DNA from: an uncultured Gemmatimonadales bacterium
Lineage (GTDB): Bacteria > Gemmatimonadota > Gemmatimonadetes > Gemmatimonadales > Gemmatimonadaceae
Assembly: GCA_963701965.1 (NCBI GenBank)
Contig: OY969695.1
Coordinates: forward strand, 1,952,001 to 2,016,000
Direction: 5' to 3'
Length of the DNA stretch: 64,000 nucleotides
The translations under genes and the position numbers were made by a program. Below the pieces are notes generated by a model that worked only from the letters and a program-made list of their open reading frames with translations, was not told where the DNA came from and searched no databases. Positions 37,671 through 47,713 of this stretch are shown piece by piece; the stretch's first letter is position 1; every line of letters starts with the position of its first letter.

Positions 37671-39743
37671 ATGCGCGGGCGACTCGCTCGTACTCTGTTG
37701 CTGGTCATCGCCGTCGCCTGGGCCGCCACGGCGCGTGGTCAGGTGTGCGATGCCGGCGACCGCGCGCTCGCCGCGAGCCGCGACCTTTATTGCCTCACGC
37801 TCGTTCCCGCCGCCGGCTTCGACGGCGCGCGCGGACACGTGGAGCTGGGGCGGATCGCCGGACCGTTCACGGTCGCCGTCACCGCCGACGGCAACCCGCT
37901 CTACGAACCGGTCATCACCATCACCGGCCTCTCGCCCACCGCGCGGTACGAAGCCTGGGTTTCACCGCCGACCATGTACCCCATGGAGAGCCTCGGCGCG
38001 GTGACGAACGGCCGCACCAGCCTGCGGCGCGTGGGTATCGACCCATTCGTCCTGCTGGTCAAAGAGGTGCCGAGCGGCCGTCTCGTGCTCCGCGGCCAGT
38101 CGCCCAGTTCGCGGCTCCAGCCCGCCGATTTTCTGCAGTTCGCGGTCGGCGCCGTACCCGACTCCACTCCGCCGCCGCCCGTTGATACCGCGGCGGTCCG
38201 CTGGACGACCGTGCCAATGTCTCCGGGGATCCCGATGCTGGCCGCCGAGATGGCGCTCCGCCCCTCGGTAGCCGCGACGCTCCCCCACCCGGAGGGCCCA
38301 GTGCCCAACGCCCGCCCGCACACGATCGTGCGCCTCGCCGACGGCGACACGTTGCATTTGCGCGCGGGTCTCGTGCACCGGACGATCCGCGGACGGCCCG
38401 CGGTCATGTACGCGTACAACGGTCAGATCCCCGGCCCGCTGATCGTTGTCCCCCAGGGGGCCGAGATCACGGTCGACTTCGCGAATCATCTCGATCAACC
38501 GACGAGCGTGCACTGGCATGGCGTCCGGCTGGACAACGCATCCGACGGCGTCCCGGGGTTGACCCAGCCGCCGATCGCGCCGGGTAGCCACTTCACGTAT
38601 CGCGTGCGGTTTCCCGACGCCGGGACCTACTGGTATCACCCGCACGTGCGCGAGGACACGCAGCAAGATCTCGGACTCTACGGCAACATCGTCGTCGAAC
38701 CGCGCGGCGGCGCGCTACTACCGCGCGAGCAGGTACTCATGCTCGATGACATCTCGGTGACGGCCGACGGCCTCGTGCCTTACGGACGCGACGCCGCGAC
38801 GCACGCGCTCATGGGTCGCTTTGGCAATGTCCTGCTCGTGAACGGGGAACCGGCCTATCATCTCACCGCTCGGCGCGGCGAGGTCGTGCAGTTCCGCCTC
38901 ACGAACGCCTCGAACACGCGCGTCTTCAATCTGTCATTTCCCGGCGCCCGCATGAAGGTCGTGGGCAGCGACGCGGGAATGTTCGAGCGCCCGGAATGGG
39001 TCGAAAGCGTCGTCATCGCGCCCGCCGAGCGGTACATCGTGCAAGTGCGGTTCGACACCCCCGGTCGTGTGCCGTTCGTCAACCGCGTGCGCTCGCTCGA
39101 TCATCTCTTTGGCCGCTTTCTCACGCTGGCCGACACCCTGGGCATCGTCCACGTGCGGTCACCGTCCGTGCCTCGTGACGCGGGCTTCGACCGGCTTGTC
39201 GCCGACCGTCGGATGACCGCCGACATCGAGCGCCTTCGGCCGTATTTCCAGCGGCTACCCGATCACACGCTGCTCCTGACGCTCGAGACCCACGATCTCC
39301 CCTTCGTCACCCGCCAGCTCATGCTGCTCGACTCTGTGTACTTCACGCCTGTGGAGTGGACGGAGAGCATGCCCAACATGAACTGGGCGGCGACCAGCGA
39401 TCAGGTACGCTGGGTGTTGCGCGACCCGGCAACCGGCCGGGAGAACATGGACATCGACTGGACCTTTCGCCGGGACACGGTCATCACGCTGCGGCTGGTC
39501 AACGACCGGAACACGCTCCATGGCATGCAGCACCCGATCCACATCCACGGCCAGCGCTTTCTCGTCCTCGCCGTGAATGGCGTGCCCAATACGAACCTGG
39601 TGTGGAAAGACACCGTCCTGGTGCCGGCGGGAGCGGCCGTGGACATCCTGCTCGACTTGTCCAACCCCGGCCAATGGATGATCCACTGCCACATCGCCGA
39701 GCACCTGACCGCCCAGATGATGGCCGCCTTCACGGTGGAGTGA
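37671..39743 (+). CDS. Fusion of the accessory domain and a multicopper oxidase
   Basis: N-domain PFTVAVTADG..YE...YEAWV..LG resembles the small accessory proteins; C-part has HWHG, WYHPH, HPIHIHG, HCHIAEH...M. Confidence 0.88.
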   Translation: MRGRLARTLLLVIAVAWAATARGQVCDAGDRALAASRDLYCLTLVPAAGFDGARGHVELGRIAGPFTVAVTADGNPLYEPVITITGLSPTARYEAWVSPPTMYPMESLGAVTNGRTSLRRVGIDPFVLLVKEVPSGRLVLRGQSPSSRLQPADFLQFAVGAVPDSTPPPPVDTAAVRWTTVPMSPGIPMLAAEMALRPSVAATLPHPEGPVPNARPHTIVRLADGDTLHLRAGLVHRTIRGRPAVMYAYNGQIPGPLIVVPQGAEITVDFANHLDQPTSVHWHGVRLDNASDGVPGLTQPPIAPGSHFTYRVRFPDAGTYWYHPHVREDTQQDLGLYGNIVVEPRGGALLPREQVLMLDDISVTADGLVPYGRDAATHALMGRFGNVLLVNGEPAYHLTARRGEVVQFRLTNASNTRVFNLSFPGARMKVVGSDAGMFERPEWVESVVIAPAERYIVQVRFDTPGRVPFVNRVRSLDHLFGRFLTLADTLGIVHVRSPSVPRDAGFDRLVADRRMTADIERLRPYFQRLPDHTLLLTLETHDLPFVTRQLMLLDSVYFTPVEWTESMPNMNWAATSDQVRWVLRDPATGRENMDIDWTFRRDTVITLRLVNDRNTLHGMQHPIHIHGQRFLVLAVNGVPNTNLVWKDTVLVPAGAAVDILLDLSNPGQWMIHCHIAEHLTAQMMAAFTVE

Positions 39744-39785
39744 TTACGTTTCGCGTACGACCGCCCATACCCGAGGAGAGCTCCT

Positions 39786-40958
39786 ATGGCAGATCAGCAC
39801 GGCGACGCGAATATCACGCGCCGCGGTTTCGCATCGTTGACCGGTCTCGCGGCGCTGGGCGCGATGTCGCGGGGCGGTCTCGAGCGGCCGATGACGCTCG
39901 CCGAGCGGGTCATGGCCGCGCCAGCGGAGCCCATTCCGGCGTTTACGTACAACATTGAGAATCAGACGGGGAAGGTGACCGAGGGCGGGTCGGGCAAGGA
40001 GGCGACCGTCAAAGAGTTCGCCATCTCCGAGGGGCTGGCCGGGGTGTCCATGCGCCTCAAGCCGGGCGGTTTGCGCGAGCTGCACTGGCACGCCCTGGCG
40101 GCGGAATGGGCATTCATGATCAAGGGCCGTTGCCAGATCACCGTGTTCGATCCCGACGGGCGCATGGAGCGGGTGGATTTCGCGCCGGGTGACATCTGGT
40201 ATTTCCCCCGCGGGTATGGCCACTCGCTGCAGGGCCTGGGTCCCGAGGAGACGCACTTCATTTTGATCTTCGACAACGGCCATTTCTCCGAGTACGGCAC
40301 CTTCAGCGTGACGGATTGGATGTCGTTGACTGCTCCCAAAGTGGTGGCCCAGAACTTCGGGATGCCGGCGTCCACGTTCGCCAACATCCCGAAGAAGGAG
40401 ATGTATATCGGCCAGGGGCGCGTGCCGGCGCCCGTACCGGCCGATCCCCCGGCGGGATCGGACCGAGAGGGGGCGTTGTCGCACCGCTATCGGTTGATGG
40501 CGCAGGTGCCCCATGAGTTCCCCGGTGGCACGCTGCGGGTGGCCTCGTCGGTCGAGTTTCCAATGTCGACGACCATGACCGGCGCGTACATGACCATCGC
40601 GCCCGGCGGGCTTCGGGCCATGCATTGGCATCCCAACGCCGACGAGTGGCAGTACTACCTGCAGGGGCGGGCGCGGGTGACGCTCTTTGGATCGAGCGGG
40701 CGGTCCCGCACCGAGGAGGTGGGACCGGGCGAGGTGGTCTACATCCCGCGCGGGTTCGGGCACCACATCGAGAGCATCGGGGCCGAGGAGGCGCACGTGG
40801 TGATCGGCTTCAACTCCGGCATCTACCAGGAGTCGAGCTTCTCCCAGTGGCTGCGCTCGGTTCCGCCCGAGCTGGTGACCGACAACTTCGGGATTCCCGA
40901 ACAGGTGGTGAGTGCATTCCCGAAGTCCACGCTCCCGATTGTGGGCGCCGGGCAGTAG
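39786..40958 (+). CDS. oxdC: Bicupin oxalate decarboxylase-family protein with a Tat signal
   Basis: TRRGF twin-arginine motif; RELHWH...EW, WYFPRG.GHSLQG, FSEYGTF, MHWHPNADEWQY. Confidence 0.82.
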   Translation: MADQHGDANITRRGFASLTGLAALGAMSRGGLERPMTLAERVMAAPAEPIPAFTYNIENQTGKVTEGGSGKEATVKEFAISEGLAGVSMRLKPGGLRELHWHALAAEWAFMIKGRCQITVFDPDGRMERVDFAPGDIWYFPRGYGHSLQGLGPEETHFILIFDNGHFSEYGTFSVTDWMSLTAPKVVAQNFGMPASTFANIPKKEMYIGQGRVPAPVPADPPAGSDREGALSHRYRLMAQVPHEFPGGTLRVASSVEFPMSTTMTGAYMTIAPGGLRAMHWHPNADEWQYYLQGRARVTLFGSSGRSRTEEVGPGEVVYIPRGFGHHIESIGAEEAHVVIGFNSGIYQESSFSQWLRSVPPELVTDNFGIPEQVVSAFPKSTLPIVGAGQ

Positions 40959-40997
40959 CGTTCAAGCGCGGTCCCTAGCGTTCAAAAACAGAAACGG

Positions 40998-41036
40998 AAC
41001 AGGCGGCAGAGCGAACTCTGCCGCCTGTTTTGTTTT
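40998..41036 (+). terminator. Rho-independent terminator
   Basis: 14-bp stem AACAGGCGGCAGAG/CTCTGCCGCCTGTT, CGAA loop, T-rich tail; A-rich left flank suggests bidirectional use. Confidence 0.85.
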
Positions 41037-41075
41037 CGTCTTGGTTCAGATGTAGGGTCGCCTTGCCCTGTTTGA

Positions 41076-41104
41076 TTGACATCGCATCTCATTTCTGTTA
41101 TGGC
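41076..41104 (+). promoter_or_regulatory. Putative sigma70 promoter of SusC copy 3 operon
   Basis: TTGACA-17 bp-TATGGC with an extended -10 TG, just after the terminator. Confidence 0.5.
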
Positions 41105-41219
41105 TGCCGGCGTAACGTTTCAGTACTGAAGCGTCGGTCATCCACCCCGTACTCCTTGGACGAGGGGCGCGCTTTGTCGTGCCCCTTGCCCAAGAACATC
41201 CGACTGGGGCAAACGCGAA

Positions 41220-44168
41220 ATGCGATTCTCTCGTGCGCTCGTGCTGTTCGGCGCTTTCGCCGTCCTTCCCGCCGTAGCCCGCGCCCAAGGGCGCGTCATC
41301 GGCGGTCGTGTGACGGACGGCGAGAGCGGGCAACCGCTCTCTGACGTGCAGGTGGTCATCAAGGGCACCCAGATCGGCGCCCATACCCACGACGACGGAC
41401 AGTACGTTCTCCCAACGCAGACCGGCGCCGTGACGTTGACGTTCCGGCGGATCGGATACAAAGCGGCCGAGCTCGCCGTCGCCGCCACGGAGACGAGCGC
41501 CAACGTCGCGCTCACCCGCGACGTGCTCAAGCTCGAAGAAACGATCGTCACCGGTGAGGCGACGAACGTCACCCGGCGGAACGCCGCCAACGCCGTAGCG
41601 ACCGTGTCGGCGGATCAGCTGTCGCAAGTGCAGGCCCAGACTCTCGATCAACAGCTCGCGGGCAAGGTCGCCGGCGCGGACATTCAGCAGAACTCCGGCG
41701 CGCCCGGCGGCGGCCTTCAGGTCAGGCTCCGCGGCGCCTCCACCATCATCGGCCAGTTCGATCCGCTCTACGTGATCGACGGGATCATCGTCAGCAACAA
41801 CGCGATTCCGCCGGGCACGAACGCGATTACGCAGGCGGCGAGCGCCAGCGGCATCTCGTCGAACGAGGACAACCCGACGAGCCGCATCGCCGATATCGAC
41901 CCCAATGACATCGAGAACATCGAAATCCTGAAGGGGCCGTCCGCCGCCGCGATCTACGGATCCAAAGCCGCCAACGGCGTCGTGCTCATCACGACGAAAC
42001 GGGGCCGGGCGGGCAAGACCCGCATCAACATCGCGCAACGGTTCGGATTCAGCGCACTGTCGCACGAACTGGGTTCCCGGACGTTCGACTCCACGGGCGC
42101 CATTGCCCAGTTCGGGTCGGCGGTCGCGCCACTCTTCCACTCTGGTGTCACCTACAACCACGACGAGGAATTGGCCGGTCACAAGCCGCTGTCCTACCAG
42201 ACGACGGCCAACATCGGCGGCGGCACGGACGCCACCAAATACTACGCCTCCGGCATCAACGAGTACGACGGCGGCATCATCGACAACACGTACTTCCGGA
42301 AGCAGTCCGTATCGGGCTCGCTCGACCAATCGATCGGCAGCAAGGTCCAAGTCGGGTTCAACACCTCGTTGATGCACACCGCGGCGGGGCGCGGGCTCAC
42401 GAACAACGACAACGTGACGGCATCCTTCTACACCGCGATGGCCGGCATCCCGAGTTTCTTGAATCTGCAGGCCAATAACAACGGGCAGTTCCCCAACAAT
42501 CCCCTGGGGCCCAGCAATCCGTTGCAGACCGCCGCCCTGCTGCACAATGACGAGGGGGTCTACCACGGCTTCGGCGCGTTCCGCGGCACGTGGCATGTGC
42601 TGGAACAGCGCAGCAACTCCCTGGACCTGACCACCACGGCCGGCGTCGACTACTTCCAGCAGCAGAATTCGGTCTACGCGCCACCGTCGCTGCAGTTCGA
42701 GCAATCCTCGCCCCCGCCGGGCGTGAGCGTGCTCACGAACTCGAACAACCTGAATACCAACGTCAATCTCAACCTGATCGACCGGTTCACGCCTGGCGGA
42801 TTCTCGGCGACGACATCGTTCGGGGTCGAGCAAGAGACGCGGACGCTGAACGTCGCCGCCACCGCGGCCCGCGGGTTGAGCGGGACGCTCACCAGCGTGT
42901 CGAGTGGCACGTCGGTGGCCGTGCAACAAGCCCGCGAAGACGTCGTCGACCAGGGCGTGTTCTTGCAGGAGGAGTTCTTGACCTTGGCGGATCGGCTCCT
43001 GCTGACGGCGGGTGCGCGCGCCGATCGCAGCAGCAACAACGCCAATACGAGTCACTTGTATGTCTATCCCAAGGCCGCGGCGTCCTATCGGCTGCCGACT
43101 CAGACGTCGTTCTTGGACGAGATCAAGTTCCGCGCGGCCGTCGGCGCCTCGGGCAACGAGCCCCAATACGGCCAGAAGTTTGGCGAGCTGGTGACGGCCA
43201 ATCTCGCGGGGCTGCCCACGCAACAGGTCAAGGGTTCGATCGCCGCGCCCGACCTCCGGCCTGAGCGCTCGTTCGAGATCGAAGGAGGTTTCGACGCGAC
43301 GCTGTTCCACGGCCGGGCGACGCTGGGCGTGACGGGCTATCAAAAGCGCACCACGGATCTCCTGCTCTCGCGCGCTCTGGCTCCCTCGTTCGGAGACACC
43401 ACCGAGTACTTCAACGCCGGCGTCATGCGGACCCGCGGCATCGAGGTCGAGGCGTCCGTGATCGCCGCCCAGGGACGGAATCTCAACTGGACCATCACCA
43501 GCACGTTCTCCAAGCAGGCAGCACTCATCGTCGAACTGCCCGTGCCGTCGTTCAGCCCTGGTGGCTTCCCGACGGAGTTCGGCACGTTCATGATCGAACA
43601 GGGGGCGTCGCCGACGCAGATTGTCGGGAACGTGACGCTAGCGAATGGCACGCTCACCACGGGGAAGATCGGCGACGCCAACCCGGACTACCGCGTGTCC
43701 CTGGCCAACAACGTCACGTTCCGGCAACTCCACCTGTCATTCCTGTTCGATGCCTCGAAGGGTCAGGACGTCGATAACCTGACCGAGCTGCTGTACGACT
43801 TCGGCGGCAACACGAAGGACTACGCCGACCTGATCACGGTAGGCGGCAAGCAGGTCATGAAGGGGGTGTATCGGCTCACCCAATGGCCCACGAATACCTC
43901 GGTGTACGTGCAGGATGCCTCGTATATCAAGCTGCGCGAGATCAACATCTCCTACGACCTGCCGACGTACATGCTGTCGCCGTTCGGCCGGGGACTGCAT
44001 TCCGCCTCGCTCAGCTTCTCCGTGCGGAATCTCTTCACGCTGACGCACTATCAGGGCATGGACCCCGAGGTCTCGAACTTCGGCAACCAAGCCATCTCGC
44101 GAAACGTGGACGTCGCGCCATTCCCTCCGAGCCGCACCTTCTGGTTCGGCATCAACCTGGGGCTCTGA
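41220..44168 (+). CDS. SusC/RagA-family TonB-linked outer-membrane protein (copy 3, more divergent)
   Basis: PLYVIDG, DIDPNDIENIEILKGPSAAAIYG, MDPEVSNFG...PFPPSR. Confidence 0.93.
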   Translation: MRFSRALVLFGAFAVLPAVARAQGRVIGGRVTDGESGQPLSDVQVVIKGTQIGAHTHDDGQYVLPTQTGAVTLTFRRIGYKAAELAVAATETSANVALTRDVLKLEETIVTGEATNVTRRNAANAVATVSADQLSQVQAQTLDQQLAGKVAGADIQQNSGAPGGGLQVRLRGASTIIGQFDPLYVIDGIIVSNNAIPPGTNAITQAASASGISSNEDNPTSRIADIDPNDIENIEILKGPSAAAIYGSKAANGVVLITTKRGRAGKTRINIAQRFGFSALSHELGSRTFDSTGAIAQFGSAVAPLFHSGVTYNHDEELAGHKPLSYQTTANIGGGTDATKYYASGINEYDGGIIDNTYFRKQSVSGSLDQSIGSKVQVGFNTSLMHTAAGRGLTNNDNVTASFYTAMAGIPSFLNLQANNNGQFPNNPLGPSNPLQTAALLHNDEGVYHGFGAFRGTWHVLEQRSNSLDLTTTAGVDYFQQQNSVYAPPSLQFEQSSPPPGVSVLTNSNNLNTNVNLNLIDRFTPGGFSATTSFGVEQETRTLNVAATAARGLSGTLTSVSSGTSVAVQQAREDVVDQGVFLQEEFLTLADRLLLTAGARADRSSNNANTSHLYVYPKAAASYRLPTQTSFLDEIKFRAAVGASGNEPQYGQKFGELVTANLAGLPTQQVKGSIAAPDLRPERSFEIEGGFDATLFHGRATLGVTGYQKRTTDLLLSRALAPSFGDTTEYFNAGVMRTRGIEVEASVIAAQGRNLNWTITSTFSKQAALIVELPVPSFSPGGFPTEFGTFMIEQGASPTQIVGNVTLANGTLTTGKIGDANPDYRVSLANNVTFRQLHLSFLFDASKGQDVDNLTELLYDFGGNTKDYADLITVGGKQVMKGVYRLTQWPTNTSVYVQDASYIKLREINISYDLPTYMLSPFGRGLHSASLSFSVRNLFTLTHYQGMDPEVSNFGNQAISRNVDVAPFPPSRTFWFGINLGL

Positions 44169-44171
44169 ACC

Positions 44172-45548
44172 ATGACGATGCGTCGAATTGCGCTCTGTGG
44201 CATGGTGGTCGCGCTCGCGGCGTGCCGTGATACGACCGTGCCCGATCTCAACAGCGGCAGTGTCAGCGGATTCGAGACGAATCCGACTGCAGATGGCGCC
44301 AACGCCCTCGCCGTCGGTCTCATTCGCGGCGCACGGGACAACAATGCGCTCATCGTCTCGACGATCGGCCCGTTTGGTCGCGAGGGCTACGAGCTGAATC
44401 TGGCTCGCGGCGACCTGCCCGACTACATCATCGGCCCCCTCACACCGGGCACGTTCTACGTTGCCCAGCTCTGGATCGGGGAATACGCCGACCTGCGCTC
44501 GGCGGGCCTTCTCCTCGACAAGGTCGGCAGCATCAGCAACTTGTCGCCGGCGCAGCAGGAGGGGCTGAGGGGCTTTGCCCAGACGATGCAGGCCTACGAC
44601 CTCACGCTCCTGGCGGAGACGCGCGACACGCTAGGCCTGCCGATCGACGTGTACGTCGATCCGACGGGTACACCGGCGCCGGTCGCCACCAAGACGGTCG
44701 TGTACCAGCACATTCTCAATCTGCTCGATTCCGCGTCCACGCACCTGAATGCCGCGGGGAGCGGGTTCTCGATCTCGACGTTAGACCTTGACAAGGCGGG
44801 CTTTGCGGACTTCGACACGCCGAGCACGTTCCTCACGTTCAACCGCGCGCTCCGCGCGCGGGTTGATATTCTCACGAATCAGTATGCCGACGCACTGACC
44901 GACCTCTCCGCATCGTTTCTCACGACTGGTACCGGCTCCCTCAACATCGGTCCCGTGTTCGCGTTCTCGGCGAATTCCGGGGACGAACCGAACCCGCTGT
45001 TTTCACAGTTCCTGTATGCCGAGCCGGATCTCATCACCAACGCGCAGCGACAGGCCGGCGACACGGTGCGGGATGCGCGAATTCTGGCCAAGCTCATCCC
45101 CGCCGTGCAGTCCGCCACGTTGGACGGGGTGACGTCGGACCTCGCGTTCGCGGCCTACCAGAGCCTGGGCGCGCCGCTACCGATCATTCGGAATGAAGAG
45201 CTGATCCTCTTGCGCGCCGAGGCGAACATTGGCCTGGGCAACCTCGGTCCGGCGGTGACCGACCTCAATCTGATTCGCACGCAGTCGGGCGGTCTCGCTC
45301 CGCTCTCCGGAGCGGCGGCGGCCAGCGCCGATTCGCTGCTCGAAGACCTGCTCTACGAGAAACGATACTCGCTGCTGTGGGAGGGCGGACACAACTGGGT
45401 GGACATGCGCCACTATAGCAAGCTGGCCGAGATTCCCAAGGGGCAACTCGCGACCTCGAAGATCTTCACCGTGGTACCGTACCCGATCGAGGAATGCAAC
45501 GCGCGGGTACCGAAGCCCAAGGGCTGCACCAACGACGCAGGGTTGTAA
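44172..45548 (+). CDS. SusD/RagB-family lipoprotein (copy 3)
   Basis: LAAC lipobox; PIIRNEELILLRAEA and EKRYSLLWEGGH.W.DMR motifs. Confidence 0.9.
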   Translation: MTMRRIALCGMVVALAACRDTTVPDLNSGSVSGFETNPTADGANALAVGLIRGARDNNALIVSTIGPFGREGYELNLARGDLPDYIIGPLTPGTFYVAQLWIGEYADLRSAGLLLDKVGSISNLSPAQQEGLRGFAQTMQAYDLTLLAETRDTLGLPIDVYVDPTGTPAPVATKTVVYQHILNLLDSASTHLNAAGSGFSISTLDLDKAGFADFDTPSTFLTFNRALRARVDILTNQYADALTDLSASFLTTGTGSLNIGPVFAFSANSGDEPNPLFSQFLYAEPDLITNAQRQAGDTVRDARILAKLIPAVQSATLDGVTSDLAFAAYQSLGAPLPIIRNEELILLRAEANIGLGNLGPAVTDLNLIRTQSGGLAPLSGAAAASADSLLEDLLYEKRYSLLWEGGHNWVDMRHYSKLAEIPKGQLATSKIFTVVPYPIEECNARVPKPKGCTNDAGL

Positions 45549-46030
45549 TGCTGGCGAAGGGCCGGATCCTGCTGACGCTGGGCGCGCTGTGGCTGGCGCG
45601 CCCAGCGATGTATGCGATTCCACTCATTGCGACGCCCACGGGGACGGGGGCGTCGGGAGTGGCGACGTTGTCGCGTCCCGAGTCGCCGTTCAGTGTCCCG
45701 GTGACGCGGGATGGGCACGTGATCTACAACGTGGCCATCACGGTCCAAGGACTGCCGCCGGCCAGCGCGTTCGACGGCGCGACGACCTACGTCGCCTGGG
45801 CGACCGTTCCCGACCTGTCGCTCGCCCGTAGCCTCGGCCCCATCACGGCCGACGGCAGGGCCAAGGGCCAAGTGGCCTGGAACAAGTTCATCGTGCTGGT
45901 CACGGCCGAAAAGACCGCGGGCGCGCATTGGACCGGACCCATCCTGCTCAAGGGCGTGAGCCCGAGCACGTGGATGCAACGGTTCCAGGCCCACGTCATC
46001 GGGAACGGCGGCAATCCCGACCCGCCATGA
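45548..46030 (+). CDS. Small secreted accessory protein (paralogue of 33894-34504)
   Basis: TAATG and ATGA coupling to both neighbours; DGHVIY, YVAW, NKFIVLVTAE, GAHWTG motifs. Confidence 0.8.
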   Translation: MLAKGRILLTLGALWLARPAMYAIPLIATPTGTGASGVATLSRPESPFSVPVTRDGHVIYNVAITVQGLPPASAFDGATTYVAWATVPDLSLARSLGPITADGRAKGQVAWNKFIVLVTAEKTAGAHWTGPILLKGVSPSTWMQRFQAHVIGNGGNPDPP

Positions 46031-47703
46031 GACGGGTCGTGATGCTCATGACGCTGCTCGCGGCCCGCGTGGGAGCGCAGGACACGTCCATGGCGGGCAT
46101 GCACATGAACATGGACATGCCGGGCATGGGTGGGCACCGGATGCCACCGATGCCCGCGGGCATGCCCATGATGTCCGGCATGGAGGGCGCGGCGCCGCAA
46201 GTAAAAGCATTTCTGCCCGGCGCCGGCGTCGATCCGGCGACCGTACCGGTCGCCCACGCCAGCAAGATCATAGAAGTCGCGAACGGCGACACGCTGGATC
46301 TCGACGCCGGCCTCGTCCGCCGCACGATCAACGGCGCGACCTATACAATGTACGCGTTCAACGGCCAATCTCCCGGACCGTTGATCCGCGTCAAGCAGAA
46401 CGCCACGATCGTCGTCCGGTTCACCAATCACATCGACCTGCCGTCCTCGATCCACTGGCACGGCGTGCGACTGGCCAATGCGTTCGACGGCAGCGTGGGC
46501 ATGACGCAGGCGGCCGTCGCTCCCGGCGGACGCTTCATCTACCAAGTGCACTTCCCCGACGCGGGCCTCTACTGGTACCACTCCCACGTCCGCGAAGATA
46601 TCGAGCAAGGCCTTGGGCTCTTTGGCAACATTAGAGTCGATTCGCCGGACCCGCAGTACTACAGCGCCGTGAACACCGAGTCCACGCTCATCCTGAACGA
46701 CATCCTCGTGGATCCGCACGGGCTCATTCCCTATGGTGGCGAGGCGTCGGACTTCTCCATCATGGGCCGCTTCGGGAATCTGCTGCTGGTGAACGGCGAG
46801 CCCCGCTATCATCTGGCCGTCCACAAAGGCGACGTCGTGCGGTTCTTCCTCACCAACGCCTCCAACGCCCGGAGCTACAACATCGATTTCGGCGGCGCGA
46901 CCCTCAAGGTCGTCGGCACCGACGTCAGCCGCTACGAGCGGGAGATCCCCGTGACCAGCGTCGTCATCGCCCCTGCGCAACGGTTCATCGTCGAGGCGCG
47001 GTTCGACACGGCGGGCCGCTTCGTGCTGGCCAACCGCGTCCAAGCCGTCTCCAATTTCACGGGCGAATACGCGACCGAAGTCGACACGCTGGGGACGATC
47101 GAAGTGTCCCCGCAACCGACGGCGGTGGACCACGGGAAACAGTTCGCCACCCTGCGCGCGTACCCGGAGGTCTCCCACGACATCGATCGCTTCCGTGCCC
47201 AGTTCACCAAACCCGTGGATCACGAGCTCACGCTCACCGTCAACATTCAAGGCCTGCCGCACGATCTCGTGGCGTTCATGGCGATCGACACCATGTACTT
47301 CAACCCCGTGGAGTGGAACGACGGGATGCCCGACATGAATTGGGTGTCCACGGGCAAGGAAGTCCACTGGATCCTGCGCGACGCCGCGACGGGCAAGGAG
47401 AACCTGGACATCGACTGGCACATGCACGCGGGCGACGTCGTGAAGATCCGGCTCCACAACGACGAACGCTCGATGCACCCAATGGCGCACCCGATCCACT
47501 TTCACGGCCAGCGTTTTCTCGTGCTGTCCCGGGATGGCGTGGCGAATACCGACTTGGCCTGGCAGGACACGGAGCTCGTCCCGGTCGGCTCGACCGAGGA
47601 CATCCTGCTGGATGCGTCCAACCCGGGCGTCTGGATGGCCCACTGTCACATCGCGGAACATCTCGACGCCGGTATGCAAATGCGGTTTACCGTCGACCCT
47701 TAG
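46027..47703 (+). CDS. Three-domain multicopper oxidase with Met/His-rich N-terminus
   Basis: HWHG, WYHSH, HPIHFHG, HCHIAEHLDAGM. Confidence 0.93.
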   Translation: MRRVVMLMTLLAARVGAQDTSMAGMHMNMDMPGMGGHRMPPMPAGMPMMSGMEGAAPQVKAFLPGAGVDPATVPVAHASKIIEVANGDTLDLDAGLVRRTINGATYTMYAFNGQSPGPLIRVKQNATIVVRFTNHIDLPSSIHWHGVRLANAFDGSVGMTQAAVAPGGRFIYQVHFPDAGLYWYHSHVREDIEQGLGLFGNIRVDSPDPQYYSAVNTESTLILNDILVDPHGLIPYGGEASDFSIMGRFGNLLLVNGEPRYHLAVHKGDVVRFFLTNASNARSYNIDFGGATLKVVGTDVSRYEREIPVTSVVIAPAQRFIVEARFDTAGRFVLANRVQAVSNFTGEYATEVDTLGTIEVSPQPTAVDHGKQFATLRAYPEVSHDIDRFRAQFTKPVDHELTLTVNIQGLPHDLVAFMAIDTMYFNPVEWNDGMPDMNWVSTGKEVHWILRDAATGKENLDIDWHMHAGDVVKIRLHNDERSMHPMAHPIHFHGQRFLVLSRDGVANTDLAWQDTELVPVGSTEDILLDASNPGVWMAHCHIAEHLDAGMQMRFTVDP

Positions 47704-47713
47704 GAGATCTCTG

